Positions 1 to 7,178 of a stretch of 12,486 nucleotides of DNA are shown in pieces; the first letter of the stretch is position 1, and every line of letters starts with the position of its first letter. A program made the translations under genes and the position numbers. Source of the DNA: Candidatus Bathyarchaeia archaeon (lineage in GTDB: Archaea > Thermoproteota > Bathyarchaeia > Bathyarchaeales > Bathycorpusculaceae); the NCBI GenBank assembly GCA_038883795.1, contig JAVZLK010000042.1, positions 1-12,486 of the forward strand, read 5' to 3'. Below the pieces are notes generated by a model. The model did no database searches. It was not told the origin of the DNA and was given only the letters and a program-made list of their open reading frames with translations.

Positions 1-421
1 GATATGACAGATAACTACTCATTTCTGTTATAATGTCATCTAATGATTGCCGTTGCCTTGTCGGCATGCCACATAACCATTCAAGTTCCTTTTTTCCCTT
101 TTCTGTGATTTCATACAGTCCGTCTTCACGTTTCCTAATGCTTTCTTCTTTACAAAGTTCGGCTAGTAGCGGATAAATGGAGCCTGGTGAGGGTCTCCAA
201 TCACCTTGGCTCGCAAACTCTATTTGATTTATTATTTCATATCCGTTTCTTGGCGTTTGTTGAAGTATTGAGAGCACCCATGTTCTGAGGTTTCCTCGCC
301 TGTGGTGATGTCCGTGATGTTTTGTTCCATGTTCATGCAGATGCTCAGAATGGCAGTCATGGTTTAAATGGTGATGCTTATGATGCTCTCTTTCGTGGTA
401 TTCATAACTATTTCCAAACAT
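1..421 (-). CDS. PadR-family transcriptional regulator with His-rich N-terminus (YqjI/NfeR-like architecture); 3' end runs off the window
   Basis: Manual translation from ATG at 421: MFGNSYEYHEREHHKHHHLNHDCHSEHLHEHGTKHHGHHHRRGNLRTWVLSILQQTPRNGYEIINQIEFASQGDWRPSPGSIYPLLAELCKEESIRKREDGLYEITEKGKKEL... It contains the PadR signatures 'GYEII', 'W-x-PSPGSIYPLL' and 'YEITEKG'. Open to position 1 and absent from the ORF track. Confidence 0.93.
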   Translation of the reverse strand, partial: MFGNSYEYHEREHHKHHHLNHDCHSEHLHEHGTKHHGHHHRRGNLRTWVLSILQQTPRNGYEIINQIEFASQGDWRPSPGSIYPLLAELCKEESIRKREDGLYEITEKGKKELEWLCGMPTRQRQSLDDIITEMSSYLSY

Positions 422-448
422 GTCTGTCGCTTCTTTATAATCGTTTAA

Positions 449-473
449 TCGATATATCGAATGTTCGATATAT
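449..473. promoter_or_regulatory. Palindromic operator, probably the autoregulatory site of the PadR gene
   Basis: Perfect 10-2-10 inverted repeat ATATATCGAA-TG-TTCGATATAT (452-473) overlapping a perfect 12-bp palindrome TCGATATATCGA (449-460). Lies between the TATA box and the ATG at 421. Confidence 0.7.
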
Positions 474-474
474 T

Positions 475-489
475 CTAATAAACCTTTCG
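475..489 (-). promoter_or_regulatory. Archaeal BRE-TATA promoter of the PadR gene
   Basis: Minus strand reads CGAAAGG-TTTATTAG: a purine-rich BRE followed by a TTTAT box, about 55 nt upstream of the start codon. Confidence 0.65.
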
Positions 490-592
490 ATTCAAAATCT
501 TGTTAAGCCTCTGCTGAGAATCTTATCTGTGAAAAATGTTTAACAGGCATGCTCAATAATTAAGTTTTATCTACACAGTAGATCTCTGCATG

Positions 593-664
593 TTGACAGT
601 TTAAACCCTCATGTGAGGTTAAAGTGCGGGGGGTTAGGTTTATACTATCGTTTAAAACTGTCAA
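593..664. repeat. 72-bp segment bounded by 14/15-bp inverted repeats
   Basis: TTGACAGTTTAAAC (593-606) versus GTTTAAAACTGTCAA (650-664; reverse complement TTGACAGTTTTAAAC), identical except for one T. Internal dyad CCTCA-TG-TGAGG (607-618) and a G-run near 628-633. Confidence 0.75.
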
Positions 665-820
665 GGCGCTTCGCATATAAAACTTCTTTCAACTTAGCAT
701 GTTTTACATGTAATTACTGATTTATATTCTTGTTTAACAAATCATTTAAACGAAGAGCTAGTACTGTTTTTAGTGATTAAAAGGGAGTGAAAGACAATTA
801 TCAGACCATCAACAGGTAGT

Positions 821-1398
821 GTGACGAAGAGAGTAAAATGTGAGTACCTATCTGATGATGGTTTATGCAAAGCAGTAGTGAAGAACCCAGAGGGCAGAGC
901 ATTAAGAGATGAATTTTGTGTAAATGAAATTTGGAATTTTTGTTGTTACACGTGTCCATCTCGAGAAGCTTGTGAAATTAGTTGTAATTACTTGGAAAAA
1001 GAGGTTCTGGAAAACCAGTCAACTAACAGGATAAATCAGGAAATATCTAAATATCAAAAGAGTATTGAAAAATTGTCAGTTTTCTTTGCTGAAGGTAAGA
1101 TTAGTGAGGAATCTTATCTGAGGTCTGTAAGAAGGCTTGAAAGCATTATAAATAACTTAAAGGGGCTTAAGAAAAACAATGAAGCGTTTGATGATGAGGA
1201 ACGTAGTTTAGTTGAAAAACCGTCCGCAGCATGGTATTTGGTTCGTTTCTTTTTGGATTAATTGGCGGAGTAATCGGTTATGTTGGAACAAAAGATAGAG
1301 ATGAAGATATGGCGTTTGGCTTGCTTGTTTTTGGCATAATTTGGTCATTTGTTTTGTTTTTCATTGGTTGGGCACTTTTCAATTCCATTTTGCACTGA
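821..1398 (+). CDS. Cys-rich (metal-binding) + SHOCT-like membrane protein, frameshifted near 1244
   Basis: Track ORF 821-1261 has 8 Cys in its first 55 aa and a SHOCT-like helix (FFAEGKISEESYLRSVRRLE). Restoring one C in GTT C[C]G TTT gives ...SAAWYLVPFLFGLIGGVIGYVGTKDRDEDMAFGLLVFGIIWSFVLFFIGWALFNSILH* (TGA 1396-1398), a two-TM C-terminal domain. About 192 aa in total. Confidence 0.75.
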
Positions 1399-1409
1399 GG
1401 AATACAATA

Positions 1410-1601
1410 TGTCTAGAAAATTCAAGGTTAAAAAAGCTCATTGCGAAACTTCATGCCATGGATTTTAAAAAGCTTACTTAAATTCGAGTTTCATGTCTGC
1501 GATACCAAAAATGTCTAGAAGAGGCAATCGCACGCCACGAAGCAAAAATCGCTGAGGCTAAACAGGAGGCAGAAGAAAAGGAAGACGGCGGGCTGCGGTG
1601 A
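1410..1601 (+). pseudogene. Possible remnant of a charged helical/coiled-coil protein gene
   Basis: One frame reads CLENSRLKKLIAKLHAMDFKKLT*IRVSCLRYQKCLEEAIARHEAKIAEAKQEAEEKEDGGLR* with a single internal stop. Protein-like composition but no recognisable family. Confidence 0.25.
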
Positions 1602-1706
1602 AGATTGTCCTTCAAATAGTGTGCCCATACGAAGAACCACCATTGTATACTTGAGTCTTTTTCAAGTGAAAACATTAAATTCAAGAAAAACGCCAATAAG
1701 ACCATC

Positions 1707-1901
1707 ATGAATGTTGAAAAGGTAGAAAAAGCCCTTGCGAATATCCTTGAAGAATTTTATCCAAACAAGTTAAGTATAAAAATTCTCGAAGTCGAGGTCC
1801 AAAAAGACTCTTGGATTGTCAAAGCAGAGGTATCTGATAATCCATCGAAGAGGCTTGGTCATGAAGTAATTATCGTAGTAAAGAAATACGAAATCACTTA
1901 A
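1707..1901 (+). CDS. Small hypothetical alpha/beta protein (64 aa)
   Basis: ATG start, protein-like helix-then-strand pattern, and a BRE/TATA-like GAAAAC-ATTAAAT (1668-1680) about 27 nt upstream. Its stop overlaps the stop of the convergent gene at 1898-1901. Confidence 0.6.
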   Translation: MNVEKVEKALANILEEFYPNKLSIKILEVEVQKDSWIVKAEVSDNPSKRLGHEVIIVVKKYEIT

Positions 1902-2722
1902 CTCTCGTTATAACTTGCTATTTTTCTAATATTCTCTTTTACGAGCTTAATGCCTAGTAAACGTTGTCTGCATTCTCTTTCGTCGTAGTTAAGTTCTTTA
2001 ATTAAATATTCCCTAAGTTTTTCGTCGCTGAACCAAATTTTTACCCATTCAAACGTCCTCTTTTTCATAAGTTCGAATATCTCTTGTTTTCTATTCTCTG
2101 ATATCTTCGGTATTATGTCTAACGGCGGTAGGGTGATAAGACTCAAATGAAAATATAAAACGCTGCGTGTTAAGTCCTCTCGTAAAAAATCATCCATTTT
2201 GTCTAATCCTTTAGACTCGTATAAATATGGCACGTATGCCCTGCAGAAAGCCTTCAGAGCATCCACAACAATACCTTCCGCATGGTTCCTCTTAAAATGT
2301 TCCCATTTTCCAAATATTAAAGGAAGCTTGTCCGCATGCTTCGCTGCAATTTCTTCTATGTACCCCCACGATTCTTTGTTAAATTCTAGAAGATATAATA
2401 AACCAAGTAGCGTTAAGGTACAAAGTTTTTGGGGAGGACCTTTTTTGGATTTCGTTAGCTCTTTCGCTTTTTTAATGAACATTCGTCTTTCGAGTCTCTG
2501 TAACGAGCGTTCTACAGTGCTGTAATAAACTGGAAACGTTTTTATTTTGTTTATTCTAAGAAAACGTGGCAATTCAATTCTTTTTAATTTGCGATAAATC
2601 TTGTAACCCCAACTTACTCCTTCTTTTGCTAAAATTTTTAGGCATAATGAATCTATTAGATGTTGCTTTTGTTTACGCCCGAGAACTTTAAATTTCTCCG
2701 AAGTTTCCAACGGTAATCCCAT
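1898..2722 (-). CDS. Winged-helix (PadR/MarR-like N-terminus) DNA-binding protein with helical C-terminal domain; putative element regulator
   Basis: wHTH pattern: 'ILAKEGVSWGYKIYRKL', recognition helix 'YSTVERSLQRLERRMFI', and wing 'KGPPQKLCTLTLLGL'. Divergent from the recombinase operon. Confidence 0.8.
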   Translation of the reverse strand: MGLPLETSEKFKVLGRKQKQHLIDSLCLKILAKEGVSWGYKIYRKLKRIELPRFLRINKIKTFPVYYSTVERSLQRLERRMFIKKAKELTKSKKGPPQKLCTLTLLGLLYLLEFNKESWGYIEEIAAKHADKLPLIFGKWEHFKRNHAEGIVVDALKAFCRAYVPYLYESKGLDKMDDFLREDLTRSVLYFHLSLITLPPLDIIPKISENRKQEIFELMKKRTFEWVKIWFSDEKLREYLIKELNYDERECRQRLLGIKLVKENIRKIASYNES

Positions 2723-2796
2723 TTTTAATTGCCGTTTTGGGTATACTCGGTTTCAGCGGTTTTACCATGGATAAAAATTAAGTGCGGTTTTTAGTT

Positions 2797-2838
2797 TTGA
2801 ACTTTCAGAATTGAAAATTAAGATTTGAAAAATAAGAG
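2797..2838 (+). repeat. Three tandem 14-bp imperfect repeats in the divergent promoter region
   Basis: TTGAACTTTCAGAA (2797), TTGAAAATTAAGAT (2811), TTGAAAAATAAGAG (2825). Consensus TTGAA-N5-AGA with an exact 14-bp period. Confidence 0.5.
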
Positions 2839-2849
2839 AGTGTGGAAAT

Positions 2850-3119
2850 TTGTCATGTTCAAGAAAGAACAAGGAAGCTTGTGATAAAACATGTACTGTC
2901 AGGTTGAACCTTGTTCTCAGAGCAGATGTAGCAAAGGCGTTAAAGGAGTTGAAGTCCCGAGGTTTAATTAGAAGTTATGCTGATGGGGTTAACCAAGCTA
3001 TCAGAGCTTTTTATACGTCGATAAAAAAGGAAGAACTGTTATCTGCTCGCCTAAAAGCTCTCCAAAGTCCACCGGAAGAAGATTATTGTGATAATGGGAG
3101 AAAAATTTTTAAGTCATAA
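2850..3119 (+). CDS. Ribbon-helix-helix (CopG/MetJ/Arc-like) DNA-binding protein
   Basis: Alternating beta-ribbon 'VRLNLVL', helix A 'DVAKALKELKSRG' and helix B 'SYADGVNQAIRAFY'. The TTG start is uncertain. Confidence 0.7.
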   Translation: MSCSRKNKEACDKTCTVRLNLVLRADVAKALKELKSRGLIRSYADGVNQAIRAFYTSIKKEELLSARLKALQSPPEEDYCDNGRKIFKS

Positions 3120-3146
3120 AATCATATAGCCATATAGTCATATTCG
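3115..3146 (+). repeat. Four tandem 8-bp CATA-core repeats (candidate RHH binding array)
   Basis: CATAAAAT (3115), CATATAGC (3123), CATATAGT (3131), CATATTCG (3139), immediately upstream of the second RHH gene. Confidence 0.65.
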
Positions 3147-3159
3147 TGGTGTGACCCAC

Positions 3160-3690
3160 ATGTCTGCATATAAATGGAGGGGCGTTTTAATACGCTTCGT
3201 TAAAGATGAATTGGAACGGTTGGATGCTTATTGCAGGGAAAATCACCTAAAAAGGAGTTATGTTATCCGTAGTGCAATACGCCTTTACATAACTAATCCA
3301 GACCTTGTTAACGGTGTAATTAGAGTAAGAGATACCGGTTTCGAACTCTCCACAACCATAATGGATAGTATCAGCGCTATTGCCAAGAGAGTCGAGAACA
3401 TTGAAAAGAAACTGGACTCTTTCTCTCAAGAAAATGGTCATAACGATTGGAAAATCAGTGAAAAAATGCTAGAAGCGGTCTTAATAATAAAGAGAAGAAC
3501 TAAAAAGGGCATTATAACGCTAGACCAGTTGAGAGAGAAGTTAAAACGCATAAACCCTTCTTTTGCTCCATTTTTGTACGCTACTAATTCTTCAGGAATA
3601 TGTGTTCTTGATGAAGTTTTGCATAAACTCGAAGAAAAAGGCGAGTTGAGTAGACGTTACGGGGGAATTATCAGTTTTAAAAGTGATTGA
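3160..3690 (+). CDS. RHH + coiled-coil + C-terminal winged-helix protein
   Basis: N-terminal RHH 'GVLIRFVKDELERLDAYCRENHLKRSYVIRSAIRLYI', heptad segment 'ISAIAKRVENIEKKLDSF', and wHTH-like C-terminus 'ITLDQLREKL...LDEVLHKLEEKGELSRRYGGII'. ATG 3160 follows a GGTG RBS; the track start GTG 3151 is an alternative. Confidence 0.8.
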   Translation: MSAYKWRGVLIRFVKDELERLDAYCRENHLKRSYVIRSAIRLYITNPDLVNGVIRVRDTGFELSTTIMDSISAIAKRVENIEKKLDSFSQENGHNDWKISEKMLEAVLIIKRRTKKGIITLDQLREKLKRINPSFAPFLYATNSSGICVLDEVLHKLEEKGELSRRYGGIISFKSD

Positions 3691-4633
3691 AATGCGACGT
3701 GGCAGGAAAATAGACAGGACGAAGCTTCCGCATATACTACAACGCTACGACGATTATATGGCAATTCGCTTTTCGCCAAGGACCCGGGAGGGGCGACTCT
3801 ATCAGCTTATTGAATTTCATGGTTTTATGATGCGAGAGCGGAGGAAAAGCATAGAGCATTTGACAAGGTCAGATGTTGAAGCGTACATAGCTATGCTTAC
3901 ACAACGAAGAGAAAAGAAAGAGATTAAACAAAGAACTGTAAAAGGATGTGCTAGTACTATTAAAATGTTTGCCAAGTGGCTCGTAAGAGAGGAAATACTT
4001 GATTCAAGAGACTTCTATAAAATAGAGGAAGACATAAAGGAGTTGCCTGGAGAAAAAGGCGAAGATAATAGAGTAGCTCTCACCGATGAACAAGAGAAAC
4101 GAGTTTTAACGAAATTATGTGATGTTCTCCTTCAGTTTATAGTATGGTTGGGTTTGAATTTTGGACTGCGGCTCTTAGAATACTGCAATTTACGTATTAA
4201 ACATGTGGAGCTTGACAGAGATATGCCCAGGCTAAAAATCGAACTCAGTAAAGGTCACATAAAGAAAACACGGTATATACCGATTACTCCACGACAAGCG
4301 GAGCAATTCAAGAAATGGTTAGAGTTTAGGGCATCACTTAAGCTTCCTCATGATTTTCTGCTTTATAATCCTCGAGACCCAACAATTGGGTTAACAGTTT
4401 ACAGTCTTGGGTATCTATTCCGTAAAATGTCACAGATGACGGGAGAGCACCTCTATAGCCATAGATTAAGGTATACATATGCTGTTAAGCTCTGGAGACA
4501 TGGAGTTGACCTTTGGACCATAAGTCTTGCTCTAGGTCATGAGAAGGTTGAAACAACTGTTAGATACCTCAAGATACATGAGGAGGATTATTATAATAAG
4601 TACATGAACGGAACCAAAGGTTTATTTTATTAA
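3683..4633 (+). CDS. Tyrosine recombinase/integrase (XerC/XerD-like, with N-terminal core-binding domain)
   Basis: Full catalytic set: R163 (GLRLLE), K190 (SKG), H260-x-x-R263 (HRLR), H286 (LGH) and Y295 (TTVRY). N-terminal SAM-like domain 'SPRTRE...LTRSDVEAYI'. The start may be ATG 3692. Confidence 0.96.
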   Translation: MIEMRRGRKIDRTKLPHILQRYDDYMAIRFSPRTREGRLYQLIEFHGFMMRERRKSIEHLTRSDVEAYIAMLTQRREKKEIKQRTVKGCASTIKMFAKWLVREEILDSRDFYKIEEDIKELPGEKGEDNRVALTDEQEKRVLTKLCDVLLQFIVWLGLNFGLRLLEYCNLRIKHVELDRDMPRLKIELSKGHIKKTRYIPITPRQAEQFKKWLEFRASLKLPHDFLLYNPRDPTIGLTVYSLGYLFRKMSQMTGEHLYSHRLRYTYAVKLWRHGVDLWTISLALGHEKVETTVRYLKIHEEDYYNKYMNGTKGLFY

Positions 4634-4645
4634 CGGTGCGTATTT

Positions 4646-6238
4646 TTGGCTACTTTTTACAATGCCACCAAGAAAATAATTTTAGGAGTTTTAAGTGATG
4701 GCAAACCAAAATCTAGCGCAGAAATTGCTTTATTAACTGGACTAAAACCGAACATTGTATGGTCTGCCTTAAGGAGATATTGGCACAAGAAACTCGTTTT
4801 ACGCTCTAAAATGCCATTAAGGGAGACTTTTCAGAGATTCAGGGGTAGAGCTGGGGTATCTAGGAATCTGCGTTCATACTATCTATATACTTTAAAGCCA
4901 AAGGATATCGAATCTATGGTAATAAATGGTATTTATTTTGTCAGTTTTGAAAATACGCAGAATGCCAAGAAAGAAAGTAAAGCAAAGTTGATACTACGTT
5001 TTTTAATCGAGAATGCTCAAAGGGCTTTTTTCACTACGGATGTGGTTAAAGCACTTTCAGGAATGGGTGTTAAACCTTGTGATGTTATGTCTAATGTGAG
5101 AAGATGGGAGAAAAAAGGTTTAGTTTTTGTCAGAGGCTATAGATTTGATGATAGACAAACACCCTTCAAAGAAGGATATTTAATTACGTATATAGATTCT
5201 TCAAAACTAAGGGAAGAGGCTATAAAAGAGGCTGTTGAAAAAACCGAAAGGGCCCTTGCTGAAAAAGAATCAACGAATCCTACAATACAGAGAGTTCATA
5301 GAATTCGAGATTTAATTCTTGAATCCTCAAGATTAAGAGAAATTATAAGCTTCACTTATATCTGTGAGAGTTTAGGTTGTAGTAAATATGAAGCAGAAGT
5401 CGCAGTCAACAGGGCATTACAATTATACCCAGACTTAAGGGAAATTAAGTTATTTAATACTTTCAGATATTTCTATCACAATTCTATAACTGAAGATGAG
5501 TTGAAAGCTGCCATAGCAATGAAGGAAAATTACATTCGAATGACCAAAGGTAAAGCAAATCGCATTGGACACAACTGGGAAGCTGTTGTGGAGTGGTTCA
5601 TTGATAAATTTACAACAGGAGCTCGCTTTTGGACTCAAAATCATAGGCTACAAGGCATGGATTCCCGTCGAATCACCATACATTTAGTCAAAAGCGTTAG
5701 AGGGCGCATAAGAAATGCTGAGGTTGACCGTGTATGGGAAGTAACTCCAAGCCTTTTTTCTCCTTCAGTCACTTATGTTTTATCATGTAAGTGGGGGTTA
5801 ATCTGTAAACGGGACATTGATGATTTCTTTGACGTTTTAAGGTGGAGCAAGGAATTTGGCGTCAGTACTCCTGAAGGACGGGAAATTAAACAAGGAGTAA
5901 TTGGAATCTTTGCTGGTAGCGCATTCAATCCTAATGAAAGAATCCAGATAAATGATAACTCTATCAGCTTAGCATCTTATGCAGCGCACAGAAATATTCA
6001 ACTTTTGAAAGCTGCCGATTTTAATAGTAAGCTTCATGAGAGAGGCTGTCCACGAGAGGTAAGTGTTCAAAAAATATGCAAAATAGCCAAGGATGAAAAA
6101 CAAGTTAGGGAAATTTTAGAGAGAGTATGGCAAAATCCGCAAGACAGTGAGCATATCTTGGAGTTTGCAATTGAAAGGAACAAAGAAATTTACGAATTCG
6201 AGAGAATGTTAGAAGAGCATAGTTTTCATCATGTATAA
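4646..6238 (+). CDS. Tandem winged-helix protein with C-terminal PD-(D/E)xK (Mrr-like) restriction-endonuclease-fold domain
   Basis: Three wHTH-like units (about aa 5-85, 108-185 and 215-280). Nuclease motifs G-x-x-W-E312, E359-V-D361, VL-S380-C-K382, helix 'KRDIDDFFDVL' and strand 'GIFAGSAF'. GGTG RBS (4635-4638) before the TTG start. Confidence 0.75.
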   Translation: MATFYNATKKIILGVLSDGKPKSSAEIALLTGLKPNIVWSALRRYWHKKLVLRSKMPLRETFQRFRGRAGVSRNLRSYYLYTLKPKDIESMVINGIYFVSFENTQNAKKESKAKLILRFLIENAQRAFFTTDVVKALSGMGVKPCDVMSNVRRWEKKGLVFVRGYRFDDRQTPFKEGYLITYIDSSKLREEAIKEAVEKTERALAEKESTNPTIQRVHRIRDLILESSRLREIISFTYICESLGCSKYEAEVAVNRALQLYPDLREIKLFNTFRYFYHNSITEDELKAAIAMKENYIRMTKGKANRIGHNWEAVVEWFIDKFTTGARFWTQNHRLQGMDSRRITIHLVKSVRGRIRNAEVDRVWEVTPSLFSPSVTYVLSCKWGLICKRDIDDFFDVLRWSKEFGVSTPEGREIKQGVIGIFAGSAFNPNERIQINDNSISLASYAAHRNIQLLKAADFNSKLHERGCPREVSVQKICKIAKDEKQVREILERVWQNPQDSEHILEFAIERNKEIYEFERMLEEHSFHHV

Positions 6239-6272
6239 CTCTCAAATTTTAGGAGCTTTTTTGGGTGAGGTT

Positions 6273-6560
6273 ATGAAAATATCAGAAAAAACCAGATGCT
6301 GGATTTGCGGTCGCAATTCAAGGGAGTTGAAAAACACCATAGAAGCCTATTGGGAGAATGGAGAACTTGAGAAAGATATGGATGTTAATGCTTGCTTTGA
6401 AATTGTCAGCATAAAAAAGTTTTATTCCGAGGAACAGATGAAAATTCCAATTTGCACGATATGTTCTCAACTGATGCTTCAATATATCTCAGTTTATCTA
6501 AAAGAGAACTTAGAGGTTGTTGTTAAGATAGAACAGCCTAAAGTTTCAATAAGCATCTAA
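6273..6560 (+). CDS. C2-C2 zinc-finger protein
   Basis: CWIC and CTIC pairs. Strong RBS GGGTGAGG just before ATG 6273; the track start 6231 overlaps the upstream stop and is an alternative. Confidence 0.75.
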   Translation: MKISEKTRCWICGRNSRELKNTIEAYWENGELEKDMDVNACFEIVSIKKFYSEEQMKIPICTICSQLMLQYISVYLKENLEVVVKIEQPKVSISI

Positions 6561-6848
6561 AAAGGGATAACAACGTTTAACCTATGCCTCCTCTTTTTAT
6601 CATGAGTGCTCAGAATCTACCGCAGTCCTCACCACTGTTTTTCTTAAATAGCCTTCGCAATAGTTCTTACAATTAAGTTTTTCATAGCTAGGGGATATCG
6701 CAACCGTCAAGCTAAACTTAGAAATAAATTGAAAAGGACCTGGACCAAAGGACAGAATTTGCATTAATCCAAATGCAGATGCGTCTACCTCATCCTTCTT
6801 CTCCTTTCTATTATTTGGAGTATACATAGAGGGGCAAAATCAACATTA

Positions 6849-7178
6849 TTGAATAATGATTTCTGCATAAAACAAAGTCTAAGTAGTTCTTTTTCCATTC
6901 TTTCATGGTTTATTGGACGCCACAATTGGAAGAAAATTCAAGTGTTTGTTGGAGCAGTATGTTTCACTCTGCGGGATGACTTGATTAAACTTAAAGTGGA
7001 GCATAGAAGTGCAGAGGAAAAACTACAATATTATCTGCAAGCTGGCAATATGGAATTGAGGAAAATAGTGTCTGATAGGTTGAACATGCTTTTTAAGGAA
7101 ATCAAAGAACCGAAAAAGAAATTGAGAAACTCGAAAGCCTATTTTTGTAGGATAATACCTTTTCTCATTTTTATTTAG
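6849..7178 (+). CDS. Hypothetical or degenerate helical protein
   Basis: Only the central charged helical segment (LRDDLIKLKVEHRSAEEKLQYYLQAGNMELRKIVSDRLNMLFKEIKE) looks protein-like. The start and both ends are unconvincing. Confidence 0.3.
   Translation: MNNDFCIKQSLSSSFSILSWFIGRHNWKKIQVFVGAVCFTLRDDLIKLKVEHRSAEEKLQYYLQAGNMELRKIVSDRLNMLFKEIKEPKKKLRNSKAYFCRIIPFLIFI

Larger units (their letters stand above)
1898..6560. mobile_element. Core module of a putative integrative element (regulators + tyrosine recombinase + nuclease); true boundaries not determined
   Basis: An intact tyrosine recombinase sits in a compact operon with two RHH genes and a nuclease-domain gene. It is flanked by accessory-type genes (AAA_14 ATPase, RM gene end, surface proteases). 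No att repeats were identified. Confidence 0.6.

Noticed and set aside
322-543. Track ORF of 73 aa on the + strand
   Set aside because: Antisense to the PadR gene and its promoter, which carry clear family motifs on the - strand.
569-583. ATCTAC-ACA-GTAGAT resembles the Cas12a repeat stem (TCTAC...GTAGAT)
   Set aside because: Single copy with no spacers, lacks the AATT 5' element, and no cas genes are in the window. Not a CRISPR array.
619-638. TTAAAGTGCGGGGGGTTAGG considered as an ORB G-string or IS end
   Set aside because: No TCCA-N-TGGA ORB core, no cdc6/orc1 or transposase in the window, and no partner end found.
1649-1667. ACTTGA-N7-TCAAGT dyad as a possible recombinase core site
   Set aside because: Only 6-bp arms and no second copy was found, so it cannot be distinguished from chance.
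1478-1708. Track ORF of 76 aa on the - strand
   Set aside because: Composition mirrors the antisense of the charged + strand frame, and it overlaps the promoter of the 1707 gene.
3683-4633. Assigning xerA/xerC/xerD to the recombinase, or calling a dif/att site
   Set aside because: The context looks mobile rather than housekeeping. No 11-6-11 dif-like site, tRNA or flanking direct repeat was seen, so no gene symbol is given.
2199-5644. Track ORFs 2199-2525(+), 3247-3441(-) and 5450-5644(-)
   Set aside because: Fully antisense to well-supported genes and contain no motifs.
6600-6827. Track ORF of 75 aa on the - strand
   Set aside because: No recognisable motif or ribosome-binding site. Not supportable as a gene, though not excluded.
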